Assembly (NCBI GenBank): GCA_964607485.1
Contig: CAZSKP010000029.1
Coordinates: 1-60,673, forward strand
DNA from: an uncultured bacterium
GTDB taxonomy: Bacteria; Abyssobacteria; SURF-5
Reading direction: 5' to 3'
Length of the DNA: 60,673 nt
The notes beneath the pieces are model-generated. The model was not told the origin of the DNA and did not search any database. It saw nothing but the letters and a program-made list of their open reading frames with translations. Positions 9,442 to 18,121 of the stretch are shown here, in pieces. Within the stretch, counting starts at the first letter, position 1. Each line of letters begins with the position of its first letter. A program made the translations under genes and the position numbers.

Positions 9442-10211
9442 GCCTTTACCTTCCAATCCTTAAGCTTTTCAATCGCCTTGTGATTCGTCAAGTCGAGATG
9501 GATGGGCGTAAGGGAGATCTTGCCCGCACGGATCGCGTTGATGTCGGTGCCGCTGTCGTCGGCCCAGCGCGGCTCGCCGTTGCCTATCCAGAAGTAAGCG
9601 CGCCCCCGGGGATCCACTTTTTCCACGATCACATCGCCATATGAGCGCCTTCCTTGTTTGGTCACGACCACGCCCTTTATCCTGCTTGCGGGCAGATTGG
9701 GCAGGTTCACGTTCAGCAGGGTGTCTCTCGGCAGGCCCTCCCTCAGCACCTTCCGCGCGAGCTTGGCCGCGAATCTGGCCGCCATGTCGTAGTGCACCTT
9801 CTTGCCCTCCCGCCCTATCGATATCGCCATGGCGGGTATGCCCAAGAGAGTGGCCTCGAAAGCGGCCGAGACCGTGCCCGAGTATGTGATGTCATCGCCG
9901 AGGTTGTGCCCGAAGTTGATTCCCGAACACACGAGCGCCGGTTCTGCGGGCAATATGCGATGATAGCCGAGCAGAACGCAGTCGGTGGGAGTTCCCTCGA
10001 CGGCTGTCACCCGCGGGCCGACTTCCACTATTCGCAGCGGGTGCCGCAACGTGAGCGAATGGCCCACGGCGCTCTGCTCCCTGTCGGGAGCGACCACATA
10101 GACCTCACCCAGCGCACCCAGATGCTCGGCCAGGACCCTCAGGCCCTGCGCCTGGACACCGTCGTCGTTCGTGACCAGTATCAGTTTCTTCCGCTTCGCC
10201 CTTTTTCCCAT
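9438..10211 (-). CDS. surE: 5'/3'-nucleotidase SurE
   Basis: ILVTNDDG, GTPTDCV, SGINFGHN, YSGTVSAA, SLTPIHLDLT; start reassigned to MGKRAK. Confidence 0.96.
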   Translation of the reverse strand: MGKRAKRKKLILVTNDDGVQAQGLRVLAEHLGALGEVYVVAPDREQSAVGHSLTLRHPLRIVEVGPRVTAVEGTPTDCVLLGYHRILPAEPALVCSGINFGHNLGDDITYSGTVSAAFEATLLGIPAMAISIGREGKKVHYDMAARFAAKLARKVLREGLPRDTLLNVNLPNLPASRIKGVVVTKQGRRSYGDVIVEKVDPRGRAYFWIGNGEPRWADDSGTDINAIRAGKISLTPIHLDLTNHKAIEKLKDWKVKA

Positions 10212-10406
10212 TCTCTTCCTTGACGAACAAAAAATCAGGGCGGCGCCTCGTTCACCGCCCTCGTAACAACCAAATGGCATACGCTGATGACACGGACAGT
10301 TCCATTATACATCATTTCCGACCGAAGTCAACGGATGGGGGTTCTTCAGGATTCGTGCCTTTCTCTCTTTGCGAAAAGAAAGAAAGAAAGAGAGAAACGC
10401 CTTGGC

Positions 10407-10919
10407 TCAGGCGGTCACGGAGAGCAGGCGGGAATTGTTGGCGAGTTGCCTTAGGGTGGAGTGCCGGGACCCATTGCCGTTTCCGTCGTCGCGACTGTTG
10501 GCGGGGGCTGCGTCGGCCAATGCCTTCTCGAAGTCGATCTCGGCCCATGCCGACCGCAGGTTTTGAAGGATATCGAGCACGTTGTCGAGTAGGCGCATCT
10601 CCTTGGTGAAGTTCACCTCAATCAATCGTCCGATCATGTACACGTACAGACGCTGCAGATTCTTTGCGACTTCTCCTCCCTCCTCCATTTTCAGGATCCG
10701 GAGCAGCTCGGTTACGATGTCGCGGGCCCTCACGATCGACTTGTAGCTTCTAACGTAGTCTTTCTGTTCAATCGAATCCTTGGCTTCGGAGGCGAACTTA
10801 ATTGCTCCGTCGTAGAGCATGAGTATGAGGTCTTTTTGACTGAGGCCGTTGATGTGTTCCTCCCGGTAGCACTTTGCCGCCTTCGCGGAAACTATATCGC
10901 CCTTGCGCTCCTCGACCAT
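10407..10919 (-). CDS. fliS: Flagellin export chaperone FliS
   Basis: LILMLYDGAIKF, GGEVAKNLQRLYVYM, LRSAW. Confidence 0.94.
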   Translation of the reverse strand: MVEERKGDIVSAKAAKCYREEHINGLSQKDLILMLYDGAIKFASEAKDSIEQKDYVRSYKSIVRARDIVTELLRILKMEEGGEVAKNLQRLYVYMIGRLIEVNFTKEMRLLDNVLDILQNLRSAWAEIDFEKALADAAPANSRDDGNGNGSRHSTLRQLANNSRLLSVTA

Positions 10920-10944
10920 TTTTCCCCTTCCCCCTGCTGCAATA

Positions 10945-13257
10945 TTAGCCGTTATTCCTTCTCGTGAGCGTGTTTGTCAGAGGCAGGTTCTGAAGCTGTT
11001 GTATGAGAAAATCACCTTGCGAGGTGAGTGATGCCAACGAGGCCTCCAGCCGTGCGAAATCCGAGAGCAGCGATTGTCTCTTCTCTTCAAGCCGCTCATT
11101 CATACTTTCGATGTCAGAGTCGAGATCGTCTATCTGACGCGTGAGCGTGTCCGTCCGAGTGGTTACACGTCCATCGACGGGGTGTGTCAGGAAGCCTAGC
11201 TGGTCATTCAGGCGCGCACCGAGGCCGTCGATGACGGTCACCACGCCTTCGGACTCAGAGGAGTTCACCTCCGATGGGGTCAGCGTCACGAGAAGCGCCA
11301 GGCCGTCGGTCGTCGCGTTGCCCGCGTTTCCCGTGAGAGTCTGTCCGCTGCCTGTCGCGGGTTCTCCGTTGATTGTCCCGGCCACGTCCTGGCCCGAGGT
11401 GGCGACCGCTGCCGTAAGACCCAGCGTTGCGAACGCGCTGTTTTCGGGCTCAGAGCCCAACTGGACCGATGACGAGGACCCGTAACTGGATGATGTGAAG
11501 AGCAGCCGCCCGCCGGAGAATTCGACCGAGACATGTTTTCCGGCGAGTTGTGGGTCGGCGCTCAACTGTGCCTGTAATGCGGCCGCCAAGTCGTCGCCCG
11601 TGTTGTAAGTCTGCGCTGACAACGTCAGCACAGAACTCTCCTGGCCGTCCACCCTCAGGCGTATCTGGTTGTCGCTGGTAGTGAGTGTTATCGGAAAGCT
11701 GCCTAAAGCAGCGCCCTCAAGCGTGCCTCCCGTGGCGGCGGTAGTGATGTCGACCGCGAACCCGGAACTACTCAAGATGGTCTTGTCGCTCGAGGTAAGA
11801 TACGTGATATCTGGGTTTGTCGTTGTGAAGCTCGTGGAGAAGAGGTCCGCGACCCCCTCCAGGTTCGCCGCGAGCGCTCCATCGAGTTTCGCGTCGTTGA
11901 TGACGAGCTTTCCGGTCTCGGCGACCGATGTTACGCCGATGGCCGCGAGGCGGTTCATGTCCGTGGGCAAGCCGGGGACAACGCCGGTCGCTATTCGCCT
12001 CATATCGTTCTGCACGCTCATCAGCAGCGAGTCGCCGAGCAGCAGGCCTCCTTCTTGCGTAACGGGGTCATACCGAAGCTGCTCGTTCAGAAAATCGATG
12101 ACTTGGTTGTACGATTCGACGAATCCCTCTATCGCCCCCCGCACGTCCTCGGTGTCGTTTGAGACGGAAATCCTCACTGACGTAGCCGCGTCCGCCCCCA
12201 GGAGGTTCAGCGTGACCCCGGGAACGACGCCAGTGACCGTGTTCGTGGCGGACTTTATCGTGATGGGCGCTCCGCCGCCGGAACTGCTGCCCAGGGTGAG
12301 AGAGGCGTCCTGCGCCGCCTGTGTGGTCGGGACGAACGTGTCTATCCTGAAACGATCTCCGGCGGTGAGCGTGCCGCTGTCGGTGAACGCGATGGACACC
12401 CCGTCCTCCAGAAGCGTTCCGCCGGTGGCGGTCAGGAATCCGGCTCCGCCGTTGTCGTCGAACGTCAGGCCGCCGTCGGTCGAGAAGCGGAACGTGGCTG
12501 CGCCGACCGCGCCGTCCGACATTATCTCCACGATGAACGTCTGGTTTTCGGCTCCCGTGTATGTCCCCAGGGATGAGGCGGTGCCGGTGTAGGAGGAGCT
12601 GTTGCTCGCGTCCGCCTCAGCCGCGTCGATGTTGTTGTTGACAAAATCGGGCGCCTTTCCGCCCGTGAGGCTGACCGTCACATCTACCGTGTTTGCAGCG
12701 CCCGTGACCGTGCTGGTCAATAGCAGCCGGTAAGGGTTCGAGGCACTGCCGTCGTTAACGATGGCTGCCGTGACATCTGCGCCTGAACTGTTGATCGCGT
12801 CTCTCAGACCAGCCAGTGTGTTGTTTCCTGCGTCGATTTCTATCTCAGTAGTTGCTCCCGAGCCGACCCGGATGGTAACCGTGCCGACGCCAATGCTCGT
12901 CGTGTCCGTATCCGCGAAGCCCTGTGAGGCCAACTGGTGAGCCTGTGCAAGCTGGTTGACCCTAATAAAGTGAGTGCCGGGGGCCGCATTGCCGGTGACG
13001 GAAGCCGATAGGAGGGACTCGTGGCTGGAGGTGACAGTCTGTGTCTGGAAATTCTTCTGTTTGGATAGAGTCGTCGCCGAAGCCTTAAGACCGAGGAGAA
13101 GCCCGTTGAAGCTCTGTATGGCCGTCAGCTTCGCGGTCTCATCGGTCTTTTTCGTCGACACAAGGTCTATTCGGCGCTGCTCCGCAGCGACTATGGTGTC
13201 TATGATAGACTGCCAGTCGATTCCCGAGTATATTCCAGAAAAATATATGTCACCCAT
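10945..13257 (-). CDS. fliD: Flagellar filament cap protein (long, 770 aa)
   Basis: FSGIYSGIDWQSIID N-terminus, VNQLAQAHQLAS, AQDA, VPGVTLNL, FVESYN, C-terminal coiled coil ending FARLEA. Confidence 0.95.
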   Translation of the reverse strand: MGDIYFSGIYSGIDWQSIIDTIVAAEQRRIDLVSTKKTDETAKLTAIQSFNGLLLGLKASATTLSKQKNFQTQTVTSSHESLLSASVTGNAAPGTHFIRVNQLAQAHQLASQGFADTDTTSIGVGTVTIRVGSGATTEIEIDAGNNTLAGLRDAINSSGADVTAAIVNDGSASNPYRLLLTSTVTGAANTVDVTVSLTGGKAPDFVNNNIDAAEADASNSSSYTGTASSLGTYTGAENQTFIVEIMSDGAVGAATFRFSTDGGLTFDDNGGAGFLTATGGTLLEDGVSIAFTDSGTLTAGDRFRIDTFVPTTQAAQDASLTLGSSSGGGAPITIKSATNTVTGVVPGVTLNLLGADAATSVRISVSNDTEDVRGAIEGFVESYNQVIDFLNEQLRYDPVTQEGGLLLGDSLLMSVQNDMRRIATGVVPGLPTDMNRLAAIGVTSVAETGKLVINDAKLDGALAANLEGVADLFSTSFTTTNPDITYLTSSDKTILSSSGFAVDITTAATGGTLEGAALGSFPITLTTSDNQIRLRVDGQESSVLTLSAQTYNTGDDLAAALQAQLSADPQLAGKHVSVEFSGGRLLFTSSSYGSSSSVQLGSEPENSAFATLGLTAAVATSGQDVAGTINGEPATGSGQTLTGNAGNATTDGLALLVTLTPSEVNSSESEGVVTVIDGLGARLNDQLGFLTHPVDGRVTTRTDTLTRQIDDLDSDIESMNERLEEKRQSLLSDFARLEASLASLTSQGDFLIQQLQNLPLTNTLTRRNNG

Positions 13258-13275
13258 CCCGGTTCCCTCTGTTTA

Positions 13276-13662
13276 TCATCCGCTTTCGTCAAGGAGGATA
13301 CCGACAATGTTGCGTATCTTCGCGTAAACGTCCAGCAGCTCTTGGGGAGGAATCTGACGAATGACTTCACCGTGTTCGTCGAGCACCTGAACCGCCGACC
13401 GTCCGCTGGCCTCGTCGTGAATGAAGTTGAGGCTGCTTCCGATTTCGCTCAGGTACTTGTTGATTCCGTCAAGAGTGCTCTCCATCTCAGCAGCGTCCAT
13501 TTCAACAGCATCCGCCCCAGCGAGCGTTTGCGGCGCAACGGACGCAAACTGAGATGTCGCTGGCGGGCTGCTTCCAACTCGACGGGCAGTACTGACACCG
13601 GACGTAGTTCCAGCAGCCGGGTCAAGGCCTGGGTAGCCTGCCTGATCAACTCTGATGCCCAT
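13276..13662 (-). CDS. flaG: Flagellar protein FlaG
   Basis: VQVLDEHGEVIRQIPPQE...VGILLD; between fliC and fliD. Confidence 0.92.
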   Translation of the reverse strand: MGIRVDQAGYPGLDPAAGTTSGVSTARRVGSSPPATSQFASVAPQTLAGADAVEMDAAEMESTLDGINKYLSEIGSSLNFIHDEASGRSAVQVLDEHGEVIRQIPPQELLDVYAKIRNIVGILLDESG

Positions 13663-13743
13663 TAGGTTACACCTCCTTGGGGCACATGAACCGGGCGGTG
13701 TGTCCGCCCGATTTTAGTCCCCAATCGGGCCGTTAGGCCAAAG

Positions 13744-15534
13744 TTACCCCAGCAACTGAAGCACCGTCTGCGGAATTGCATTCGCCTGCGCCAATACTGA
13801 GACACCCGCTGATAGGAGTATCTGGTTCCTTGTGAATTCGCTTACTTCCGACGAGATGTCCACGTCTCTGATCGTGCTCTCAGAAGCGGACAGGTTCTCC
13901 TCGGCGATTCTGAGTGAGCGCAGATTCGTCTCCAGCGTATTCTTCTGGAACGCGCCCAGTCTTGCGCGCAGCCTGGAAATCTCGTCGGTCCCCTGGTCTA
14001 TCAGCAGGACGGCGTCGTTTGCGCCCTGCACCGTGGTGATGTCGAGGTCTTCCAGACTGGTGAAGTTGCTCTTGTTGACTATGCCCCGCGCGAGCTTGTC
14101 GGCCGAGATATCCTGAGCGGATATCCTGACGACCTGGTTCGGATTCGGTCCGACCTGGAACTGAATCGAGTTGTCAACGACCGAAATCGTGGCGGAGCTG
14201 TCCGTCGCCGGAACGTTGAAGAACCCGAAGCTGATATCCAATGTTCCGATCGCGTTGCCCTGCGAGTCCTGGCCGGCGCTGAGTGTCTTGGTTTCACCCG
14301 AGGTGACGGCCATTTTGGGACCCGCGCCGAGCTGCACGTCGAACGTGGCCGGAGTGACTTCCACGTTCAGAGTCTCGCCGTCTATGAGGTTCTGCGTGGT
14401 GAACGCTACCTCAAACGTAAGTGTGAGCGAGGCTCCGCTGGCGTCGCTGACCACGAACTCCGTCGTGCCCGAAGCGAGCCTAAGGATGTCACCGTCGTCG
14501 AGCTGAACACCGACGTTCTGGCCGTTGGCGGCGGTCACCGTAGCGGCGGCGAACCCATACTCCTGGGCAGTCGCTGCGTCCGCGAATGTGATGGTGATAG
14601 TCTGTGCCGCCCCGACCGCCGTGTTGTTGCTGTCGATGGCGATCGAGTACGTGCCGTCGCCGTTGTTGACCGCGATGAATTGGTCGTTGTTCACCAGGTC
14701 GCGGGCCTCGGCGTTTATCTCAGCCACGATGTTAGCGACGGTGTTAGCTTCGTCGCCCTCGAAGACCACCGTGCTCGTGCCCGAGGCCGATGCGAGGGTG
14801 ATAGTCGTCGCCGTGAGTGTGCTGTTCCCGTCGAGTACCGCCGAGGTGGACGAAGTCGCATAGGCGCCCGTGGCTTCAGTCACCACAAGCGAGTGCGAGC
14901 CTCCCGCCAGTCCGTCGGGGTCTCCGTCGGCGCCTGTGCCTGCCAGCGCCACATTGTCAAGCAGGTCGAACGGATCGGAAGTGATCGTCGCGCCTGCCTG
15001 AGTTATGTTGCTGACGTTTATGGTGTAGGTGCCGGTGCGGAGGGTGCTCTCGGCAAGATTCGTCAGGCCGATCGTGTTCAGGCTCGTCAGGCTGACCACG
15101 TTCTCGAACGTGCCGTCCAGCAAGGTCTGGATGCTGAACTGTGCGGTGTCAGAGATACGGGTTATCGTCTGAAGAGCGTTGGAGAGTTCCGCCTGGTCCG
15201 CCGCGAGCGATGTCGCGTTGTTGATGCCGGAATTGGCTGCGTCGAGAGCCAGTTCCCGCATGCTGATCAGCAGCGAGTTCACCTCGTTCAGACTACCCTC
15301 AATCGTCTGCACGAGGTTGACCGCCCGCTCGGAATTCACGATTGCCGCGTTCAGACCGGCAATCTGCGCCCTGAGCTGTTCCGATATGGCCAGACCAGCA
15401 GGGTCGTCGCCCGCAGTGTTGATCCGCAGGCCTGAGGACAACCTCTGCACCGACTTGAACAGCCTGGCATCGGCCAGCGTCAGGTTCCTTTGGGCGGTTA
15501 TCGCCGTGACATTGGTGTTGATGCGTAAACCCAT
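13744..15534 (-). CDS. fliC: Flagellin (596 aa, Ser/Thr-rich variable region)
   Basis: RINTN, RLSSGLRIN..DDPAGLAIS, FQVGPN, RARLGAFQ, ESTIRDVD, VLAQAN..LQLL. Confidence 0.97.
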   Translation of the reverse strand: MGLRINTNVTAITAQRNLTLADARLFKSVQRLSSGLRINTAGDDPAGLAISEQLRAQIAGLNAAIVNSERAVNLVQTIEGSLNEVNSLLISMRELALDAANSGINNATSLAADQAELSNALQTITRISDTAQFSIQTLLDGTFENVVSLTSLNTIGLTNLAESTLRTGTYTINVSNITQAGATITSDPFDLLDNVALAGTGADGDPDGLAGGSHSLVVTEATGAYATSSTSAVLDGNSTLTATTITLASASGTSTVVFEGDEANTVANIVAEINAEARDLVNNDQFIAVNNGDGTYSIAIDSNNTAVGAAQTITITFADAATAQEYGFAAATVTAANGQNVGVQLDDGDILRLASGTTEFVVSDASGASLTLTFEVAFTTQNLIDGETLNVEVTPATFDVQLGAGPKMAVTSGETKTLSAGQDSQGNAIGTLDISFGFFNVPATDSSATISVVDNSIQFQVGPNPNQVVRISAQDISADKLARGIVNKSNFTSLEDLDITTVQGANDAVLLIDQGTDEISRLRARLGAFQKNTLETNLRSLRIAEENLSASESTIRDVDISSEVSEFTRNQILLSAGVSVLAQANAIPQTVLQLLG

Positions 15535-15538
15535 TTTT

Positions 15539-15770
15539 CATCCTCCTTGATGCGCGCGCGCTCAACCCAGATGAGCGCCGCCGTTGCGCGGGCCTCCTTG
15601 CCCGCAAGCCAACTTTTCCAGGTATTGGCCTCGACCTCGGATCATTTTTCAGGTCGGATCCGACGACCGTTCAACCAGGGACAATTTCCACGTTGCCCCC
15701 GGCACTCTCCAAATGTATCCGCGGACGCGCGGGAGATACTTCGCGCGCACGCCACCTCTGTTTCTCCTTG
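15539..15770 (-). promoter_or_regulatory. fliC 5' leader with multiple CsrA-type GGA hairpin loops
   Basis: gcgggc-AAGGAG-gcccgc (15588-15605) and catc-AAGGAG-gatg over the SD (15539-15552), plus further GGA-loop hairpins at about 15608-15629 and 15678-15700. Confidence 0.7.
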
Positions 15771-15773
15771 CTT

Positions 15774-15800
15774 ATATCGGCACGATGGGCGAAATCTTTA
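15774..15800 (-). promoter_or_regulatory. sigma28 (FliA/SigD) promoter of fliC
   Basis: Minus strand TAAA-N15-GCCGATAT, matching the consensus. Confidence 0.9.
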
Positions 15801-15927
15801 GGGAGTTTGATGGCCTGACGGCGGTACGCCCGTTAGTTCATCTTTAGGAGGAAATTACACTGCTGCTGAGAGAGTGACCGAGGGGGGTGATGGGGCCGAA
15901 AACGCAGGAAATGCGGGAAAAAGCTTG

Positions 15928-16731
15928 TCACCAGTCAGGCTCTGTCGCGTAGTTCAGATCCACCAGCAGGTCTCCCGCGACATCCTTGACGACTTGCTTG
16001 TCCGCGGGGTTCAAGTCCTTTTTCCAACGACCGACCGAGGCGGCGTATAGGGGCTTGGACACCTGAGCGGCGCTGGATTCGCCCGCGAGGTTGCGTTCCC
16101 GCCGATGAAACTCGAGCACTGCCGGGTCCCAAGGTTCTTTGATGAAGGCGAAGAGTTTGCGAAGAGTCTCTTCCGGCTGGCCGACGATGTCCTCGTAGCG
16201 CAGTTCCATGTACCGGGGGGCGAGCGAGGGGCCCCGCGCGGCTTTCCGGCCCGTCTGAACCGCCGAAACCCAGTATTCCGCTGCCTTGCGGGCATCACGG
16301 GTGTACTCGATCGGCTGGCCCGTCTGTGGATTCACCCAGTTCATGGTGAGTAGCGAGCAGACGACGTCTCGTCCGTCGCGAATCACGTGAATCAAGGGGC
16401 TCTCGGGGAAAATATGGTGCAAATGTTGAAAAAAGAAGACGTTATTCGGAGATTTCTCGGCGATGCGCGGCTTGCCCGCCTGCAGCCGATACTTCTCCAG
16501 CAACGATGTAATCATCTGCCCGAAAATCTGGTTGATATCCGCCGGTGTCAGGAGGTACTCCCTAAGGGGCGGAAGGTGCGCAGTCTGAAAGCTGTGCCAA
16601 AGCCCGGCGAGGATCGGGGTCACCTTGAGTTCCGGGCCGCATGCGATGTTCGGATGCGAATCGAGGATCACGCGTATCAGCGTTGTGCCCGACCGGCCTG
16701 CGCCTCCGATGAAAATAGGCGAACTCGTCAC
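15928..16731 (-). CDS. PAPS-dependent sulfotransferase, tyrosylprotein-sulfotransferase (TPST)-like
   Basis: PIFIGGAGRSGTTL (5'-PSB loop), LDSHP, EKSP, RDGRDVVCS (3'-PB), RYEDIV, QVSKPLY..SVGRWK. Confidence 0.9.
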   Translation of the reverse strand: MTSSPIFIGGAGRSGTTLIRVILDSHPNIACGPELKVTPILAGLWHSFQTAHLPPLREYLLTPADINQIFGQMITSLLEKYRLQAGKPRIAEKSPNNVFFFQHLHHIFPESPLIHVIRDGRDVVCSLLTMNWVNPQTGQPIEYTRDARKAAEYWVSAVQTGRKAARGPSLAPRYMELRYEDIVGQPEETLRKLFAFIKEPWDPAVLEFHRRERNLAGESSAAQVSKPLYAASVGRWKKDLNPADKQVVKDVAGDLLVDLNYATEPDW

Positions 16732-16791
16732 AACAAATTCTCCCTCATGACAAATAATCCGGTTCCTCGGCCATCGGCGATGTCATGAGAA

Positions 16792-16820
16792 AAGATACTA
16801 GGATATGGATTCATTGTCAA
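16792..16820 (-). promoter_or_regulatory. sigma70-type promoter for the sulfotransferase
   Basis: Minus strand TTGACA-N17-TATCTT. Confidence 0.6.
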
Positions 16821-16858
16821 GTGTAGTGCGCCCATCGAGGGAAATCTCACACAGAAGT

Positions 16859-16886
16859 TAAAGTTAACGTTCAGTTCTGCCGATAA
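16859..16886 (+). promoter_or_regulatory. Probable sigma28 promoter of the MerR-TPR-glycosyltransferase operon
   Basis: TAAA-N16-GCCGATAA, 70 bp upstream of the MerR ORF; spacer is 1 nt longer than at fliC. Confidence 0.7.
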
Positions 16887-16955
16887 AAGACGTGATGCTG
16901 ACGGAGAGCCCGGAGTTTCTCCGTACCTTTTCCGACTTCGAAGAGAAAAACTCAG

Positions 16956-17387
16956 ATGCTTGAACGGGCGGAAAAAATGACTTGCGAAAGAGAAGGAAAC
17001 GGCGATGGCAGGTTGATGTCCATACGCGAGGTGAGTGCGCTCACGGGGGTGCCGCCCCATACGTTGAGGTTCTGGGAGAAGGAGATGCCCGACATCCTCT
17101 GCCCGCTGAGGACACCGGGTGGACAGAGGCGTTACGACTCGGAAATGGCCGACCGCGTGCGCGTGATAAAGCGCCTTTCGGAAGGCCGGGGACGCTCGCT
17201 TGCGGCGATTCGCGAACGACTCGGCTGCGCGCAGCAGCCATCACGGCCGCGACAGGATCTCCGCAACAGCCTGCACGCCGAACGCATCCTTGAACTTATA
17301 GTAGATGAAATCGCCGGTATTCTCAAAGAAAGGTTGTTTCCTCTTCTCGATGCCGGCGAGCTCACGGAACGCGAGGGAAGCGAATGA
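16956..17387 (+). CDS. MerR-family HTH transcriptional regulator
   Basis: SIREVSALTGVPPHTLRFWEKE...RTPGGQRRY; the true start may be a downstream Met. Confidence 0.9.
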   Translation: MLERAEKMTCEREGNGDGRLMSIREVSALTGVPPHTLRFWEKEMPDILCPLRTPGGQRRYDSEMADRVRVIKRLSEGRGRSLAAIRERLGCAQQPSRPRQDLRNSLHAERILELIVDEIAGILKERLFPLLDAGELTEREGSE

Positions 17388-18121
17388 AAACGAGCGAACG
17401 TTTTTCTGACCCGAATCCCCCGGCCGAACCCGATGTGCGGACAGTAACTCAGCATGATGCTCAGTGCGCGCGAGAATATTGCGACCTTGCCGGGATGATG
17501 CTCGCCGAGGGTGACACCGAGGGCGCGATTGAAAATTACCAGAGAGCGCTCCTGCACGAAAAAGAAGAACCCGGCATCCACAACAATCTGGGCGCGGCCT
17601 TGTTTGCCGCAGGACGGTTCGCCGATGCGGAGTGGCACTTCCGCACGGCCCTGGCGCTGAGACGCGACTATCCGGATGCGATTCACAACCTGGCAATGCT
17701 CTGTCTCCGGCGAGGAGAAGCGGAGGGGGCGAAGGCGCTGTTCAGGCAATTGATAGAAATCGGAGCGGACTGCGCCGACGCTTATAACACTCTCGGCGCG
17801 GTCGCGTGGGCTGAGACGCGCATCGAGGAGGCAATCGGCCTTTTCAAGCGGGCGCTCGAAATCGACCCCGGCCATAAGGAAGCCCTGCCGAATTATCTTT
17901 CCGCCGCGTTTGCGCTCGAACTGTACGAGCCCGTCGAATCTCTGCTCCAGTGTTACGTTGAGGCGCACCCCGACAACTCGGATTTGACGTACCAGCTTGC
18001 CTATTGTCGATTCAGGCTCGGCCGCCCAAAGCAGGCGCAGGCACTGTTGCAAGCGCTGTTGGCCGCCGACCCCGACAATGAGGACGCCAGAGAACTCCTT
18101 GCGCAGTGTGAGGCGGCATGA
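17384..18121 (+). CDS. Tetratricopeptide repeat protein
   Basis: Several TPR units (HNNLGAAL..G....A...FRTALAL; YNTLG); ATGA overlaps on both sides. Confidence 0.88.
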   Translation: MKTSERFSDPNPPAEPDVRTVTQHDAQCAREYCDLAGMMLAEGDTEGAIENYQRALLHEKEEPGIHNNLGAALFAAGRFADAEWHFRTALALRRDYPDAIHNLAMLCLRRGEAEGAKALFRQLIEIGADCADAYNTLGAVAWAETRIEEAIGLFKRALEIDPGHKEALPNYLSAAFALELYEPVESLLQCYVEAHPDNSDLTYQLAYCRFRLGRPKQAQALLQALLAADPDNEDARELLAQCEAA

